DNA of 64,000 nucleotides. Origin: Candidatus Blautia excrementipullorum (GTDB taxonomy: Bacteria; Bacillota; Clostridia; Lachnospirales; Lachnospiraceae). A model generated the notes under the pieces. The model made no database searches. It had not been told where the DNA came from and saw only the letters and a list, made by a program, of their open reading frames with translations. This document shows positions 31,219 to 41,191 of this stretch, one piece after another; position 1 is the first letter of the stretch; every line of letters begins with the position of its first letter. The stretch is taken from positions 1,277 through 65,276 of the forward strand of contig DWYN01000149.1 in NCBI GenBank assembly GCA_019118645.1, in the 5' to 3' direction. The position numbers and the translations under genes were made by a program.

Positions 31219-31797
31219 ATGAACGCAAATGTAACAAGAGAAGATGCCATGGCTCTTCTGAAAAAGTATAACCAGGAACCTTTTCATATTCAGCATGCCC
31301 TGACTGTGGAGGGGGTAATGAAATGGTATGCGCGGCAGAATCAGGAGGATGAAAACTTCTGGGGAATTGCGGGACTGCTGCATGACGTGGATTTCGAAAA
31401 ATGGCCAGAGGAGCACTGCAAAAAAGCGCCGGATCTTCTTGTGGAAATCAATGCTTCCGAGGAACTGGTACATGCAGTGTGCAGCCATGGATACGGAATC
31501 TGTTCCGACGTGGAACCGGTGCTTCCTATGGAAAAAATCCTGTTTGCCGCAGATGAGCTGACAGGCCTGATCTGGGCGGCAGCTTTGATGCGGCCGTCAA
31601 AAAGCGTCATGGATATGGAAGTGAAGAGCATTAAGAAAAAATTCAAGGATAAGCGCTTTGCCGCAGGCTGTTCCCGTGAAATTATTCAGAAAGGCGCAGA
31701 CATGCTTGGATGGGATCTTTCTGAATTGTTCGAAAAGACCCTGGAGGCTATGCGCTCCTGCGAGGCGGAAATTAAAGAAGAAATGGAAAATATGTAA
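31219..31797 (+). CDS. HD-domain hydrolase
   Basis: HALTVEGVM, GLLHDVD, ADELTG, DKRFAAG; AAGGAGG RBS. Confidence 0.87.
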   Translation: MNANVTREDAMALLKKYNQEPFHIQHALTVEGVMKWYARQNQEDENFWGIAGLLHDVDFEKWPEEHCKKAPDLLVEINASEELVHAVCSHGYGICSDVEPVLPMEKILFAADELTGLIWAAALMRPSKSVMDMEVKSIKKKFKDKRFAAGCSREIIQKGADMLGWDLSELFEKTLEAMRSCEAEIKEEMENM

Positions 31798-31848
31798 TTG
31801 GCAGCCTCTGACGGAGTATACTGCCCGTTTGAAAATTAAGAAAGCACC

Positions 31849-33603
31849 CTAATTCTGGGGTGCTTCCTTAATTCCTGTAATATCCGGCTCAGCCATAAGC
31901 GAATAATTTGTATAATAGACCACAAATCCAGGCTTGGCGCCTCCGGGTTTTTTCACATGTTTTTTCTGAATATAGTCGATTTCCACCTTGGGAGCAGTGC
32001 GGCCTTTGGAATAATAGGCGGCCAGCCTTCCTGCCTCCTCAAAAGTCCTGTCCGGGAGCTCCCCATCCGGAGTTTTCACAATTACATGGGAACCGGCCAT
32101 TTTTTTTGCATGAAACCACCAGTCGTTTCCGGAAGCCGTTTTGAAGGTAAGCTCATCATTCTGATAATTATTTTTCCCCACAAAAATATCGAAGCCGTCG
32201 CTGGAGATATAATGAAGAGGCTTTGACTTTGCCTGCATTTTCTGACCTTTTTTAGAAAAGGAATGTTTTTTGATAAAGCCGTATTCCGTCAGCTCGTCTT
32301 TGATCTGGCTGAGATCGCTCTCTGCCCTTGCAATATCCAGTGCATTGGAAATAGATTCAAGATGTTCAATTTCCGATTCAGTATCTTTCAGCTGTTCCGA
32401 AAGGGCCTCCTCTGTTCGTTTCAGTTTTCCGTATCGGTCGAAATATTTTTTCGCGTTTTCCGAAGGCGTAAGAGCGGGATCGAGAGGAACTGTAATCTCT
32501 TCATTCGTATAATAATTGAAAGCCTGAAAAGACTTTACTCCTTCCTCAAGGCCATAACCGTAGGTGTTGATCAGTTCGCCGTATATTTTGTATTTGTCTT
32601 TTTTTCCGGTGTCCTTCATCTGTTTTTGTTGAAGGGCATATTTTTTGCGGTTCCTTTCAAGGGCAGTCTGTACGATTCTGCGAAGATCGGATGATTTCTG
32701 CCGGATTCTGTTGAGGGCGTCTCTGGATGAATAATATGTATCCAGCATAGCGGAAACGGTAGGGAATTCTTCACTGTGGTATTCCGGGCCGAACTGGGTT
32801 AACGGCAGCACGGCATATTCTACGGGCTCCTGACCGCGATAAATAATGTTAGGAGTAAAATCTCCCTCCTGGACCTGATCCATCAGTCTGCGGAAAGTGT
32901 GGTACAGGTGGACGCGGGCAGGTTCATTCAGTGACAGGGCCGCATCATTCCCGTCAATAGAGGCGCGATAGCAGATTTCTTCGGCTATCAGCGGACTTAG
33001 TCCGGTCAGTGAGGAATAAATGGCTTTGGAAATATTACAGGGTTTTTTGCATACCTTTTCTATAAATTCCTCCTCGCTGACAGTGAGCGGATCCGACTTG
33101 TCCTGTGTCTGCGGGAGAAAATATTTTCTTCCGGGCAGAACTTCTCTTACAGAGCTCATGTGAGAGGAGACGTGCTTGATACTGTCCAGTATCATTCTGT
33201 TTTCATCGCAAAAGATAATATTGCTGTGTTTTCCCATCAGCTCCAGTATCAGAACTTTCCTACAGGGATCTCCCATTTCATTGAGGTGTTCCAGCTCAAA
33301 CTCAATGGCCCTTTCCAGACCGGGCTGGCGGATATCGCTGATTCTTGCGCTGCCGATATGCTTGCGCAGAAGCATGCAGAAATTCGGCGCAGTGAGAGGA
33401 CTTGGTTTGTTTTTTTCTATAAAATAAATAAGCGGAAGAGAAGCGCTGGCGGACAGGAGAAGTCTGCATTGTCCGTTGGTTCCCTTGGCTGTAATCACTA
33501 AAGCATCCGGTTCCGGCTGGGCGATTTTGTTAAAGCGGCCCCCGTCCAGATTTTTGTGAAGTTCCTGGACCATTGCCGCAATCGTAATTCCGTCAAAAGC
33601 CAT
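31849..33603 (-). CDS. rqcH: Ribosome quality control NFACT protein (RqcH/FbpA)
   Basis: MAFDG, FCMLLRKH, ELMGKHSNII, VGKNNYQND, WFHAK..GSHV. Confidence 0.93.
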   Translation of the reverse strand: MAFDGITIAAMVQELHKNLDGGRFNKIAQPEPDALVITAKGTNGQCRLLLSASASLPLIYFIEKNKPSPLTAPNFCMLLRKHIGSARISDIRQPGLERAIEFELEHLNEMGDPCRKVLILELMGKHSNIIFCDENRMILDSIKHVSSHMSSVREVLPGRKYFLPQTQDKSDPLTVSEEEFIEKVCKKPCNISKAIYSSLTGLSPLIAEEICYRASIDGNDAALSLNEPARVHLYHTFRRLMDQVQEGDFTPNIIYRGQEPVEYAVLPLTQFGPEYHSEEFPTVSAMLDTYYSSRDALNRIRQKSSDLRRIVQTALERNRKKYALQQKQMKDTGKKDKYKIYGELINTYGYGLEEGVKSFQAFNYYTNEEITVPLDPALTPSENAKKYFDRYGKLKRTEEALSEQLKDTESEIEHLESISNALDIARAESDLSQIKDELTEYGFIKKHSFSKKGQKMQAKSKPLHYISSDGFDIFVGKNNYQNDELTFKTASGNDWWFHAKKMAGSHVIVKTPDGELPDRTFEEAGRLAAYYSKGRTAPKVEIDYIQKKHVKKPGGAKPGFVVYYTNYSLMAEPDITGIKEAPQN

Positions 33604-33752
33604 GTTTTTTACTCCTTTATTATAATATCGATGCTAGTATATCACGAAATAAAAAGAAGCGCAAAAAAATTCTGCGGCGATTGTGCCCCGTTCCCTTCCC
33701 TGATATAATAAAAGGGAAAGCAGCAGTAAACAGAAAAAGGAGCTTACAGACT

Positions 33753-34601
33753 ATGATTCATGAAAAAATCACCATTCAGGAACCATCGTCCCAACCTGAG
33801 GGAGCATATATGACGACGTATTTCTGGGAGGAATCAAAAGAACTCTATCCGGGACAAAAACGGCCGGTAATCCTGATCTGCCCCGGAGGGGCTTACCGTA
33901 TGACTTCTGACAGAGAAGCGGAAGGAGTTGCGCTTCGATTTATGGCAGAGGGATATCATACGGCGGTGCTTCGCTACAGCACTGCTCCGGCCAGACACCC
34001 GGTTCCGCTTCTTCAGCTGGCGAAGGCAGTGAGTATACTGAAAAAAAACAGAGAGACCTGGCTGATTGAGAAGGATTCCGTAATTCTCATGGGATTTTCC
34101 GCGGGAGGTCATCTGGCAGCCTCTCTTGGAGTATTCTGGAATCGCCCATGGCTGGCGGAAAAGCTGAACCTTCCCCGGGAGCAGTTCCGTCCGGCAGGAA
34201 TGATTCTCTCTTATCCGGTAATTACTTCAGGGGAATATGGACATAAAGAGAGTTTTCAGAATCTTTTGGGAGACCGCTATGAGGAGCAGAAGGAAGAACT
34301 TTCTCTGGAAAAACAAGTGACGCCGGAGACTCCAAGGACTTTTCTCTGGCATACAATGGAAGACACCACCGTTCCTATGGAGAATTCTCTTTTGTTTCTG
34401 CAGGCTCTCCGCAGAAACAGCGTGCCTGCGGAATATCATCTTTTTCCCCGGGGGAAACATGGGGTGGGTCTTGGATGCGAGCTGACAGCCGGGCTGGACG
34501 GAAGCGGGATAGCCCCCGGCGCGGATGCCTGGAGTGATCTTGCCGTCAAATGGCTTTTAAAAGAATTTCCCTGGTGGAATCCGGAAAAAGGATCCAGATA
34601 A
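33753..34601 (+). CDS. Alpha/beta hydrolase (esterase)
   Basis: ICPGGAY, GFSAGGHLA, D.TVP, HG.GL. Confidence 0.9.
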   Translation: MIHEKITIQEPSSQPEGAYMTTYFWEESKELYPGQKRPVILICPGGAYRMTSDREAEGVALRFMAEGYHTAVLRYSTAPARHPVPLLQLAKAVSILKKNRETWLIEKDSVILMGFSAGGHLAASLGVFWNRPWLAEKLNLPREQFRPAGMILSYPVITSGEYGHKESFQNLLGDRYEEQKEELSLEKQVTPETPRTFLWHTMEDTTVPMENSLLFLQALRRNSVPAEYHLFPRGKHGVGLGCELTAGLDGSGIAPGADAWSDLAVKWLLKEFPWWNPEKGSR

Positions 34602-34642
34602 AAATTTTGTATGTACTTTTGTAAAAATTAAGTAAAAACAAT

Positions 34643-34671
34643 TTGACTACCCATGTCTGATGCACTATAAT
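34643..34671 (+). promoter_or_regulatory. sigma-A promoter of yicC-remA-gmk-rpoZ operon
   Basis: TTGACT-17-TATAAT. Confidence 0.8.
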
Positions 34672-34718
34672 AAATCTGTATGTAAAAAAACAAGTAATCT
34701 GCAAAGCGAGAAAGATTC

Positions 34719-35597
34719 ATGATGAAAAGTATGACAGGCTTCGGCCGGGCCGAGGCAGTGACAAAAGAGCGAAAGATCACCGTAGAACTGAAATCCGTAA
34801 ATCACAGATATCTTGATCTGAACATTAAAATGCCGCGAAAGCTGAACGTATTTGAAGGTCAGATCCGAAATCTGATGAAACACTACATGCAGAGAGGCAA
34901 GGTGGATGTATTCATCACCTATGAGGACTATACTGCAGGCAGTATGTCGGTGAAATACAACAGAGAGATTGCCGGAGAATATCTGAAGTATTTAAAGCAG
35001 ATGGAGGAGGAATTTTCTCTGGAAAATGATATTAAGGTATCCGCCCTTTCACGTTATCCTGAGGTCCTGACAATGGAAGAACAGTCCATTAACGAAGAGG
35101 AAACCTGGAAATTTCTGGAGGGGCCTTTGAATGAGGCGTGCAGAAAGTTTGTGGAAACCAGAGAGCGGGAGGGACGTAATCTGAAAGAAGATCTTCTTGC
35201 GAAGCTGGAGGGACTGGATGAGATGGTGACGAAAGTCCAGCAGCGGTCGCCTGAGGTAATACAGGCCTACAGAGAGAAGCTGGAAGCGAAAGTCCATGAA
35301 CTTTTGGAGGATACCCAGATTGATGAGAACAGAATCGCTGCGGAAGTGATTCTGTTCTCAGATAAAATCTGCAACGACGAGGAGACCGTGCGGCTCCAAA
35401 GCCACATCCGCGGCATGGAAAAAATTCTTGCGGAGAAAGAGGGAATCGGACGGAAACTGGATTTCATGGCTCAGGAAATGAACCGGGAAGCCAACACAAT
35501 TTTGTCAAAGTCCAATGATCTGGAAGTGTCTGACATCGCCATTGATCTTAAAACAGAAATCGAGAAGATTCGCGAGCAGATTCAGAATATAGAATAA
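34719..35597 (+). CDS. yicC: YicC/YloC endoribonuclease
   Basis: SMTGFG, SVNHRYLD, GRKLDF..QEMNREANT, EKIREQIQNIE. Confidence 0.95.
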   Translation: MMKSMTGFGRAEAVTKERKITVELKSVNHRYLDLNIKMPRKLNVFEGQIRNLMKHYMQRGKVDVFITYEDYTAGSMSVKYNREIAGEYLKYLKQMEEEFSLENDIKVSALSRYPEVLTMEEQSINEEETWKFLEGPLNEACRKFVETREREGRNLKEDLLAKLEGLDEMVTKVQQRSPEVIQAYREKLEAKVHELLEDTQIDENRIAAEVILFSDKICNDEETVRLQSHIRGMEKILAEKEGIGRKLDFMAQEMNREANTILSKSNDLEVSDIAIDLKTEIEKIREQIQNIE

Positions 35598-35615
35598 CGG
35601 AGGCAGAATACATCA

Positions 35616-35888
35616 GTGTCAAAGTTAATTAATGTGGGATTTGGAAACGCGGTAAATTCTCAGAAGATTGTAGCTGTGGTAAGCCCGGACGCCGCGCCTG
35701 TGAAACGCATGGTTCAGAGCGTTAAGGGAACCCGCTCACTGGTGGATGCCACTCAGGGAAGAAAGACAAAAGCTGTTATCGTTACATCAGACGATTATCT
35801 CATACTTTCCGCCCTGCAGCCGGAAACCATAGCGAAGAGATTTGCGGAAGCATATGATTACGAAGACAGGGGAGAGGAACATGAGTAA
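35616..35888 (+). CDS. remA: RemA/DUF370 family protein
   Basis: INVGFGN, SPDAAPVKR, DATQGRKT, LSALQPETI. Confidence 0.9.
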   Translation: MSKLINVGFGNAVNSQKIVAVVSPDAAPVKRMVQSVKGTRSLVDATQGRKTKAVIVTSDDYLILSALQPETIAKRFAEAYDYEDRGEEHE

Positions 35889-36510
35889 AGGAATACTGGC
35901 AGTTGTATCCGGCTTTTCCGGTGCGGGCAAGGGAACTGTGATGAAGCGCCTGATGGAAAGCCACGACAATTATGCGCTTTCTATTTCTGTTACAACAAGA
36001 CAGCCGCGGGAGGGCGAGGAGGACGGCCGGGAATATTTTTTCCGCACCAATGAAGAGGTGGAAGAGATGATCCGGGAAGACCAGCTTCTGGAACATGCCA
36101 AATACGTAGATCACTATTACGGAACTCCCAGAAGATACGTGGAGGACAGGCTCGCGGAGGGAAAAGACGTCATTCTGGAAATTGAAATCCAGGGCGCTCT
36201 GCAGATTAAAAAGAAAGTTCCGGAGGCGGTGCTTGTTTTTATTACGCCGCCGTCTATGGAGGACTTGGAAAAACGTCTTACAGGAAGAGGTACAGAAGAG
36301 CCGGAAGTAATCGCTTCCAGGCTTTCCAGAGCTTCTGAGGAGGCCAAGGGCATAGAGAAATATGATTATATTCTCGTCAACGATAATGTGGAGGACTGTG
36401 TGAAAACACTTCATAATCTTATATTAAGCGAGCACCTCCGCACGCAGCGGAATATGGATTTTATCAGGAAAATTCAGGAAGAATCCCGTATATTCAAGAA
36501 AGGAGAATAA
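35881..36510 (+). CDS. gmk: Guanylate kinase
   Basis: SGFSGAGKGT, TTRQPR..E.DG..YFF, YYGTP. Confidence 0.96.
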   Translation: MSKGILAVVSGFSGAGKGTVMKRLMESHDNYALSISVTTRQPREGEEDGREYFFRTNEEVEEMIREDQLLEHAKYVDHYYGTPRRYVEDRLAEGKDVILEIEIQGALQIKKKVPEAVLVFITPPSMEDLEKRLTGRGTEEPEVIASRLSRASEEAKGIEKYDYILVNDNVEDCVKTLHNLILSEHLRTQRNMDFIRKIQEESRIFKKGE

Positions 36511-36514
36511 TATT

Positions 36515-36853
36515 ATGATACATCCGTCATATTCAGAACTGATTCAGGCTATTAACAACAACGCAGAGGAAGACGACAACACAATGATGCTGAACAGCCG
36601 CTATTCACTGGTGCTGGCTACCAGTAAGCGCGCGCGCCAGTTGATTGCCGGCGCGGAACCGCTGGTAAAAGGGGCGGCCGGCAAGAAGCCGCTGTCGGTT
36701 GCCATTGACGAGTTTTATCAGGGAAAAGTAAAAATTGTTGCAGATACTCATGCTGAGGAGGAAGAGACGCCGGTTCCGGAAGCGGAATTATCTGCAGAAG
36801 CAGAGACAACTGCAGAAGAAGTTTCTCAGGAGAAAGACGATACAGAAGAATAA
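36515..36853 (+). CDS. rpoZ: RNA polymerase omega subunit with acidic tail
   Basis: SRYSLVLATSKRARQL, KPLSVA; follows gmk. Confidence 0.93.
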   Translation: MIHPSYSELIQAINNNAEEDDNTMMLNSRYSLVLATSKRARQLIAGAEPLVKGAAGKKPLSVAIDEFYQGKVKIVADTHAEEEETPVPEAELSAEAETTAEEVSQEKDDTEE

Positions 36854-36940
36854 TTAAAAGCACAGAGGTGCTGTGCAATACAGGAGGTTCGATAATCATT
36901 CTATGTATTGTGCAGCACTTTGTATATATCAGGAGAATTT

Positions 36941-38278
36941 ATGAACATACTATTTATTTCACTTGGATGTGATAAAAACCTGTCTGATTCTGAGGAAATG
37001 CTGGGACTTCTGACAGGAAGCGGACATGAAATTGTGAATACCGAGGAGGAAGCAGACGCTATTATCATCAATACCTGCTGTTTTATTCATGACGCAAAAG
37101 AGGAAAGCGTGGAAACGATCCTGGAGATGGCGGAATATAAAAAAGCCGGAACCTGCAAAGCCCTTATCGTTACTGGCTGTATGGCCCAGCGGTATAAGGA
37201 GGAGATTATTCAGGAGATTCCGGAAGTGGACGCTGTCCTGGGCACCGCCTCCTACAGCGACATTGTGAAAGCGCTGAATGAGGTGCTTGCAGGAAAAACT
37301 TTCCAGGAGTATCGGGACATCAATGAGCTTCCGGATGTTTCTGCAAACCGCATTCTCACTACAGGCGGACATTTTGGCTATCTGAAGATAGCAGAAGGCT
37401 GCGACAAACACTGTACTTACTGCATCATACCTTCCCTCCGGGGACGGTTCCGCAGCGTCCCGGAGGAAAAACTGCTGAAACAGGCAGAATATATGGCGTC
37501 TCAGGGAGTAAAGGAACTGATTCTGGTGGCCCAGGAAACTACCGTTTATGGAACAGACCTTTATGGAAAGAAGACCCTTCATCTTCTTTTAAAAAAGCTC
37601 TGCGGAATCAGAGGAATCCGCTGGATCCGTGTCCTTTACTGTTATCCGGAAGAAATTTATGACGAGCTGATTCAGGTTATGAAAGAAGAGAAAAAAATCT
37701 GTCATTATCTGGATCTTCCCATTCAGCATGCAAGCAGCCGTATTCTGAAGAGAATGGGACGGCGCACCACCAAAGAACAGCTTGTGGAAATTATTGGAAA
37801 GCTTCGCAGAGAAATCCCTGACATTGTACTCAGGACTACTTTAATTACAGGATTTCCCGGAGAAACGGAAGAAGACCATCAGGAACTGATGGAGTTTGCA
37901 GATGAAATGGAGTTTGACCGTCTCGGCGTATTTACTTATTCTCCTGAGGAAGGAACCCCCGCTGCTTCCATGGAAGGGCAGATCCCTGAGGAGATAAAAG
38001 AAGAGCGCAGAGATGAGCTGATGGAGCTTCAGCAGGAAATTTCCCTGGAAAAAGGAAGGGAGAGGATCGGCCAGGAGCTGATGGTGATGATTGAAGGAAA
38101 AGTGTCCGGAGAAAGCGCCTATATCGGAAGAACATACGGCGATGCTCCGAACGTGGACGGCTACCTGTTTGTACAGACAGGTGAACTTCTTATGACAGGA
38201 GATTTTGCAAAGGTCCGTGTCACCGGAGCCTTAGAATACGATTTGATAGGAGAGTTGGCTGATGAATACACCGAATAA
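36941..38278 (+). CDS. rimO: Ribosomal protein S12 methylthiotransferase
   Basis: SLGCDKN, NTCCFI, EGCDKHCTYCIIP, TRAM domain APNVDG. Confidence 0.94.
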   Translation: MNILFISLGCDKNLSDSEEMLGLLTGSGHEIVNTEEEADAIIINTCCFIHDAKEESVETILEMAEYKKAGTCKALIVTGCMAQRYKEEIIQEIPEVDAVLGTASYSDIVKALNEVLAGKTFQEYRDINELPDVSANRILTTGGHFGYLKIAEGCDKHCTYCIIPSLRGRFRSVPEEKLLKQAEYMASQGVKELILVAQETTVYGTDLYGKKTLHLLLKKLCGIRGIRWIRVLYCYPEEIYDELIQVMKEEKKICHYLDLPIQHASSRILKRMGRRTTKEQLVEIIGKLRREIPDIVLRTTLITGFPGETEEDHQELMEFADEMEFDRLGVFTYSPEEGTPAASMEGQIPEEIKEERRDELMELQQEISLEKGRERIGQELMVMIEGKVSGESAYIGRTYGDAPNVDGYLFVQTGELLMTGDFAKVRVTGALEYDLIGELADEYTE

Positions 38279-38801
38279 ACTTACTGTAGGAAGAATGATT
38301 ATGGTTCCTTTCCTCGTTCTGTTTCTTTTGACCGGATGGGGAGGAGCCGCAAACCGTTATATATCCCTTGCCATTTTTGTGGCTGCAAGCGTTACAGACT
38401 GGTTTGACGGATACCTGGCGAGAAAAAATAATCTTGTCACAAATTTCGGCAAATTTATGGATCCGCTGGCTGACAAGCTGCTTGTGTGTTCCGCGATGAT
38501 CTGTCTTATTGAACTCGGCCGGCTTCCGGCATGGATTGTCATTGTCATCATTGCGAGAGAATTCATTATCAGCGGATTCCGCCTGATCGCTGCGGAGAAC
38601 GGCGTCGTTATCGCGGCAAATTACTGGGGAAAATTCAAAACGGTTTCTCAGATGATTATGATTATCCTTCTTCTGCTTCATCTGGGCGGCGTTTTTGATA
38701 TTCTGGAAGAAATCTTTATCTGGCTGTCACTTGCCCTGACTGTCATTTCTCTGGTTACCTATATCTGGCAGAACAGGTCAGTGCTGTCCATGCAGGAATA
38801 G
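38262..38801 (+). CDS. pgsA: Phosphatidylglycerophosphate synthase
   Basis: PNKLT, DWFDGYLAR..VTNFGKFMDPLADK. Confidence 0.95.
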   Translation: MNTPNKLTVGRMIMVPFLVLFLLTGWGGAANRYISLAIFVAASVTDWFDGYLARKNNLVTNFGKFMDPLADKLLVCSAMICLIELGRLPAWIVIVIIAREFIISGFRLIAAENGVVIAANYWGKFKTVSQMIMIILLLLHLGGVFDILEEIFIWLSLALTVISLVTYIWQNRSVLSMQE

Positions 38802-38826
38802 AACAGCGGATGAAAAGGAGGCTAAA

Positions 38827-40083
38827 ATGATTGCAGAACTGATTTCAGTAGGAACCGAAATCCTGCTGGGCAATATTGTAAATACAAACAGCGCCTATCT
38901 CGCGGAAAAATGTGCCCAGCTTGGTCTTTCTCTTTACTATCAGACTGTGGTAGGTGATAATGAGGAGCGCATGAGAGAAACAATCCGGACAGCGCTTGGC
39001 CGTTCTGATATTGTTATTCTGACAGGGGGCCTCGGACCAACAGAGGATGATCTTACAAAAGAAGTGACAGCGGAAGTCATGGGACTGGCATTAAAAGAAG
39101 ATCCTCACAGCCGCCGCCTTCTTGACGATTATCTGGCCCAGTATCAGAAAAACGATGCGCAGCGCAGAATCACATCCAATAACTATAAGCAGGCCATGGT
39201 ACCGGAGGGAGCGGCTGTCCTGGACAATCACAATGGAACCGCTCCGGGGCTTATCATGGAAAAGAACGGAAAAACAGCGATCCTTCTGCCGGGACCTCCC
39301 GGAGAAATGAAGGCAATGTTTGAGGAATATGTATTCCCGTGGCTTCGTAAGAAACAGCCGGAAATGATTTTTTCTCAGATGATAAAAATCTGTTCCATTG
39401 GGGAAAGCCAGGTGGCGGAGGAAATTCAGGATCTGATTGAATCCCAGACAAATCCGACGATAGCCCCTTACGCCAAAACCGGCGAGGTTCATCTGCGAAT
39501 CACTGCAAAGGGGAACAGCCGGAAGGAATGCGAGGAATTGATCCAGCCGGTGGTGCGGGAACTGGAACATCGCTTTGGAAAAAACATTTTTGCGGAATCG
39601 GAGAATATGTCTCTGGAGGAAGCGGTGACAGTGCTTTTGTGGGAGCGGAATCTTACGCTTTCTACGGCAGAGTCCTGCACCGGCGGAGCTGTTGCCGCAC
39701 GGATCGTAAATGTACCGGGAGCATCTGACGTACTGATGCAGGGAATGGTTACCTACAGCAATCAGGCCAAAAGAAAGACTCTGGGTGTGAAGGAGGAAAC
39801 ACTGAATTTATACGGCGCAGTGTCAGAAGAGTGTGCCGGAGAAATGGCGGAGGGCGGATGCTCCTTTGCCGGAACAGACGTATGCCTTTCTGTAACAGGA
39901 ATTGCAGGACCCGGAGGAGGAACTCCGGAAAAACCGGTGGGAACTGTTTTTATGGGATGCTGTGTAAAAGGAAAAACAACAGTAAGAGAGTACCACTTTA
40001 TCGGAAACAGAGCAAGAATCAGGGAACAGACCGTTGCCCACGGACTGGCCTTTCTCCGTGCCTGCATTTTAGAGAACAGCTGA
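38827..40083 (+). CDS. cinA: Competence/damage-inducible protein CinA
   Basis: VGTEILLG, GGLGPT.DD.T, AESCTGG, TGIAGPGGG. Confidence 0.95.
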   Translation: MIAELISVGTEILLGNIVNTNSAYLAEKCAQLGLSLYYQTVVGDNEERMRETIRTALGRSDIVILTGGLGPTEDDLTKEVTAEVMGLALKEDPHSRRLLDDYLAQYQKNDAQRRITSNNYKQAMVPEGAAVLDNHNGTAPGLIMEKNGKTAILLPGPPGEMKAMFEEYVFPWLRKKQPEMIFSQMIKICSIGESQVAEEIQDLIESQTNPTIAPYAKTGEVHLRITAKGNSRKECEELIQPVVRELEHRFGKNIFAESENMSLEEAVTVLLWERNLTLSTAESCTGGAVAARIVNVPGASDVLMQGMVTYSNQAKRKTLGVKEETLNLYGAVSEECAGEMAEGGCSFAGTDVCLSVTGIAGPGGGTPEKPVGTVFMGCCVKGKTTVREYHFIGNRARIREQTVAHGLAFLRACILENS

Positions 40084-40113
40084 AAAGCGGCCGTGGACAG
40101 AGTCGTCATATTT

Positions 40114-40386
40114 TTAGTGTATCATTTTCATCAGGTTTACAATGCGGTCAATTTTTGAAATTTCTTCCGGAGATTTTCCCATTTTAAGTACTTCCAGAAC
40201 AGCTGATATCTCCTCGGAAGAAAAATTCAGGCCGCTGCTTTTTCCCTGAGCTGCCGCGCCCATCAGAAAGGGGAGCAAATCAGCAGGACTTTTGCCGCTT
40301 CCCTGTTCTGCCAGATTCTGAAGCATTTCCAGCTTGTTCTTATCCATGCCGGACAGTTTTGGATTGTTTTGCCAGTTTGTATCCAC
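40114..40386 (-). CDS. Small hypothetical protein, probably sporulation-related
   Basis: GAGGAGG RBS before GTG; downstream of the 108-aa gene in a sigma-K-like unit. Confidence 0.75.
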   Translation of the reverse strand: MDTNWQNNPKLSGMDKNKLEMLQNLAEQGSGKSPADLLPFLMGAAAQGKSSGLNFSSEEISAVLEVLKMGKSPEEISKIDRIVNLMKMIH

Positions 40387-40468
40387 GAACATCCTCCTCT
40401 CTGGATAATTCAATTTACTATTTTTTGCTTTTATTCAGAAGAAAATCTGCTGCGGGGACAGGCGGGAA

Positions 40469-40795
40469 TTATTCATTCATAATCTGGATCATCTGCACGA
40501 GCGCCAGTATATTGGCGATTTGGTCCAGCTGTCGTCGACTGCCTCCGAAGCTGTGTTTTCGGATATCCTGAATCATATCCAGCGGATCTGTGGTCTCTGC
40601 CGCGCACACCTGCATTTCCTGGCGCACCGGAGAAAAAAGGGAAAGTGTGTTTGCAAGTTCCTGTATTTTGGCATAGACAGAAAGGATCTGCTGCCCGGAA
40701 GGGGGAAGATAGGGAATGGCCGCTTTCAGCATCTGAGTCTGGTCGCTGGTTACCATCTGATCCAGCGCTGTCTGTGAAAGAAAATCCTGGTCCAT
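40469..40795 (-). CDS. Small hypothetical protein, probably sporulation-related
   Basis: AAGGAG RBS; QMLKAAIPYLP; sigma-K-like promoter upstream. Confidence 0.78.
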   Translation of the reverse strand: MDQDFLSQTALDQMVTSDQTQMLKAAIPYLPPSGQQILSVYAKIQELANTLSLFSPVRQEMQVCAAETTDPLDMIQDIRKHSFGGSRRQLDQIANILALVQMIQIMNE

Positions 40796-40837
40796 GAGTG
40801 AAAAACTCCTTTTTTATGAGTCTATGTTTTTATCAAT

Positions 40838-40863
40838 ATTATATGACCGTTATCTTTTCCGGT
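40838..40863 (-). promoter_or_regulatory. sigma-K-like promoter
   Basis: AC-16-CATATAAT on the minus strand. Confidence 0.6.
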
Positions 40864-40894
40864 GACTGCTGATACAGAGAAAACGGCTTCTGTG

Positions 40895-40920
40895 ACTTTG
40901 TTTTTCTTTTTTCATATGAT
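40895..40920 (+). promoter_or_regulatory. sigma-K-like promoter
   Basis: AC-16-CATATGAT. Confidence 0.55.
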
Positions 40921-40959
40921 ATTAGAAAAAGAATAATGGCAGAGAAAGGATTTTGAAAC

Positions 40960-41121
40960 ATGAACAGGGAAAATGCAAAGCTTGTATTGGACGGAAACGC
41001 CTTTTATGAAATAGATCTTGCCTGTCTGAGAGCAAAGGAAAAGCAGAAGATTCAGGAACAGACAGCCGGCAGTCAGAATCGGCAGACAGCAGTGCGTAAA
41101 AAAAGCACCGCAAATAAGTAA
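40960..41121 (+). CDS. 53-aa small protein not in the ORF track (MNRENAKLVLDGNAFYEIDLACLRAK...)
   Basis: AGAAAGGA RBS, upstream sigma-K-like promoter, downstream bidirectional terminator. Confidence 0.7.
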   Translation: MNRENAKLVLDGNAFYEIDLACLRAKEKQKIQEQTAGSQNRQTAVRKKSTANK

Positions 41122-41138
41122 AAGAAAAATATCCGCAG

Positions 41139-41168
41139 AAAAAGGGACTGCCTAACAGTCCCTTTTTT
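41139..41168. terminator. Bidirectional terminator
   Basis: AAAAAGGGACTG-CCTAA-CAGTCCCTTTTTT. Confidence 0.85.
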
Positions 41169-41191
41169 GTAAGGAAGTACACGATACGGTA

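Noticed and set aside
40922-41182. 86-aa minus-strand ORF
   Set aside because: Spans a terminator and lacks an RBS; the plus-strand 53-aa ORF has promoter, RBS and terminator.
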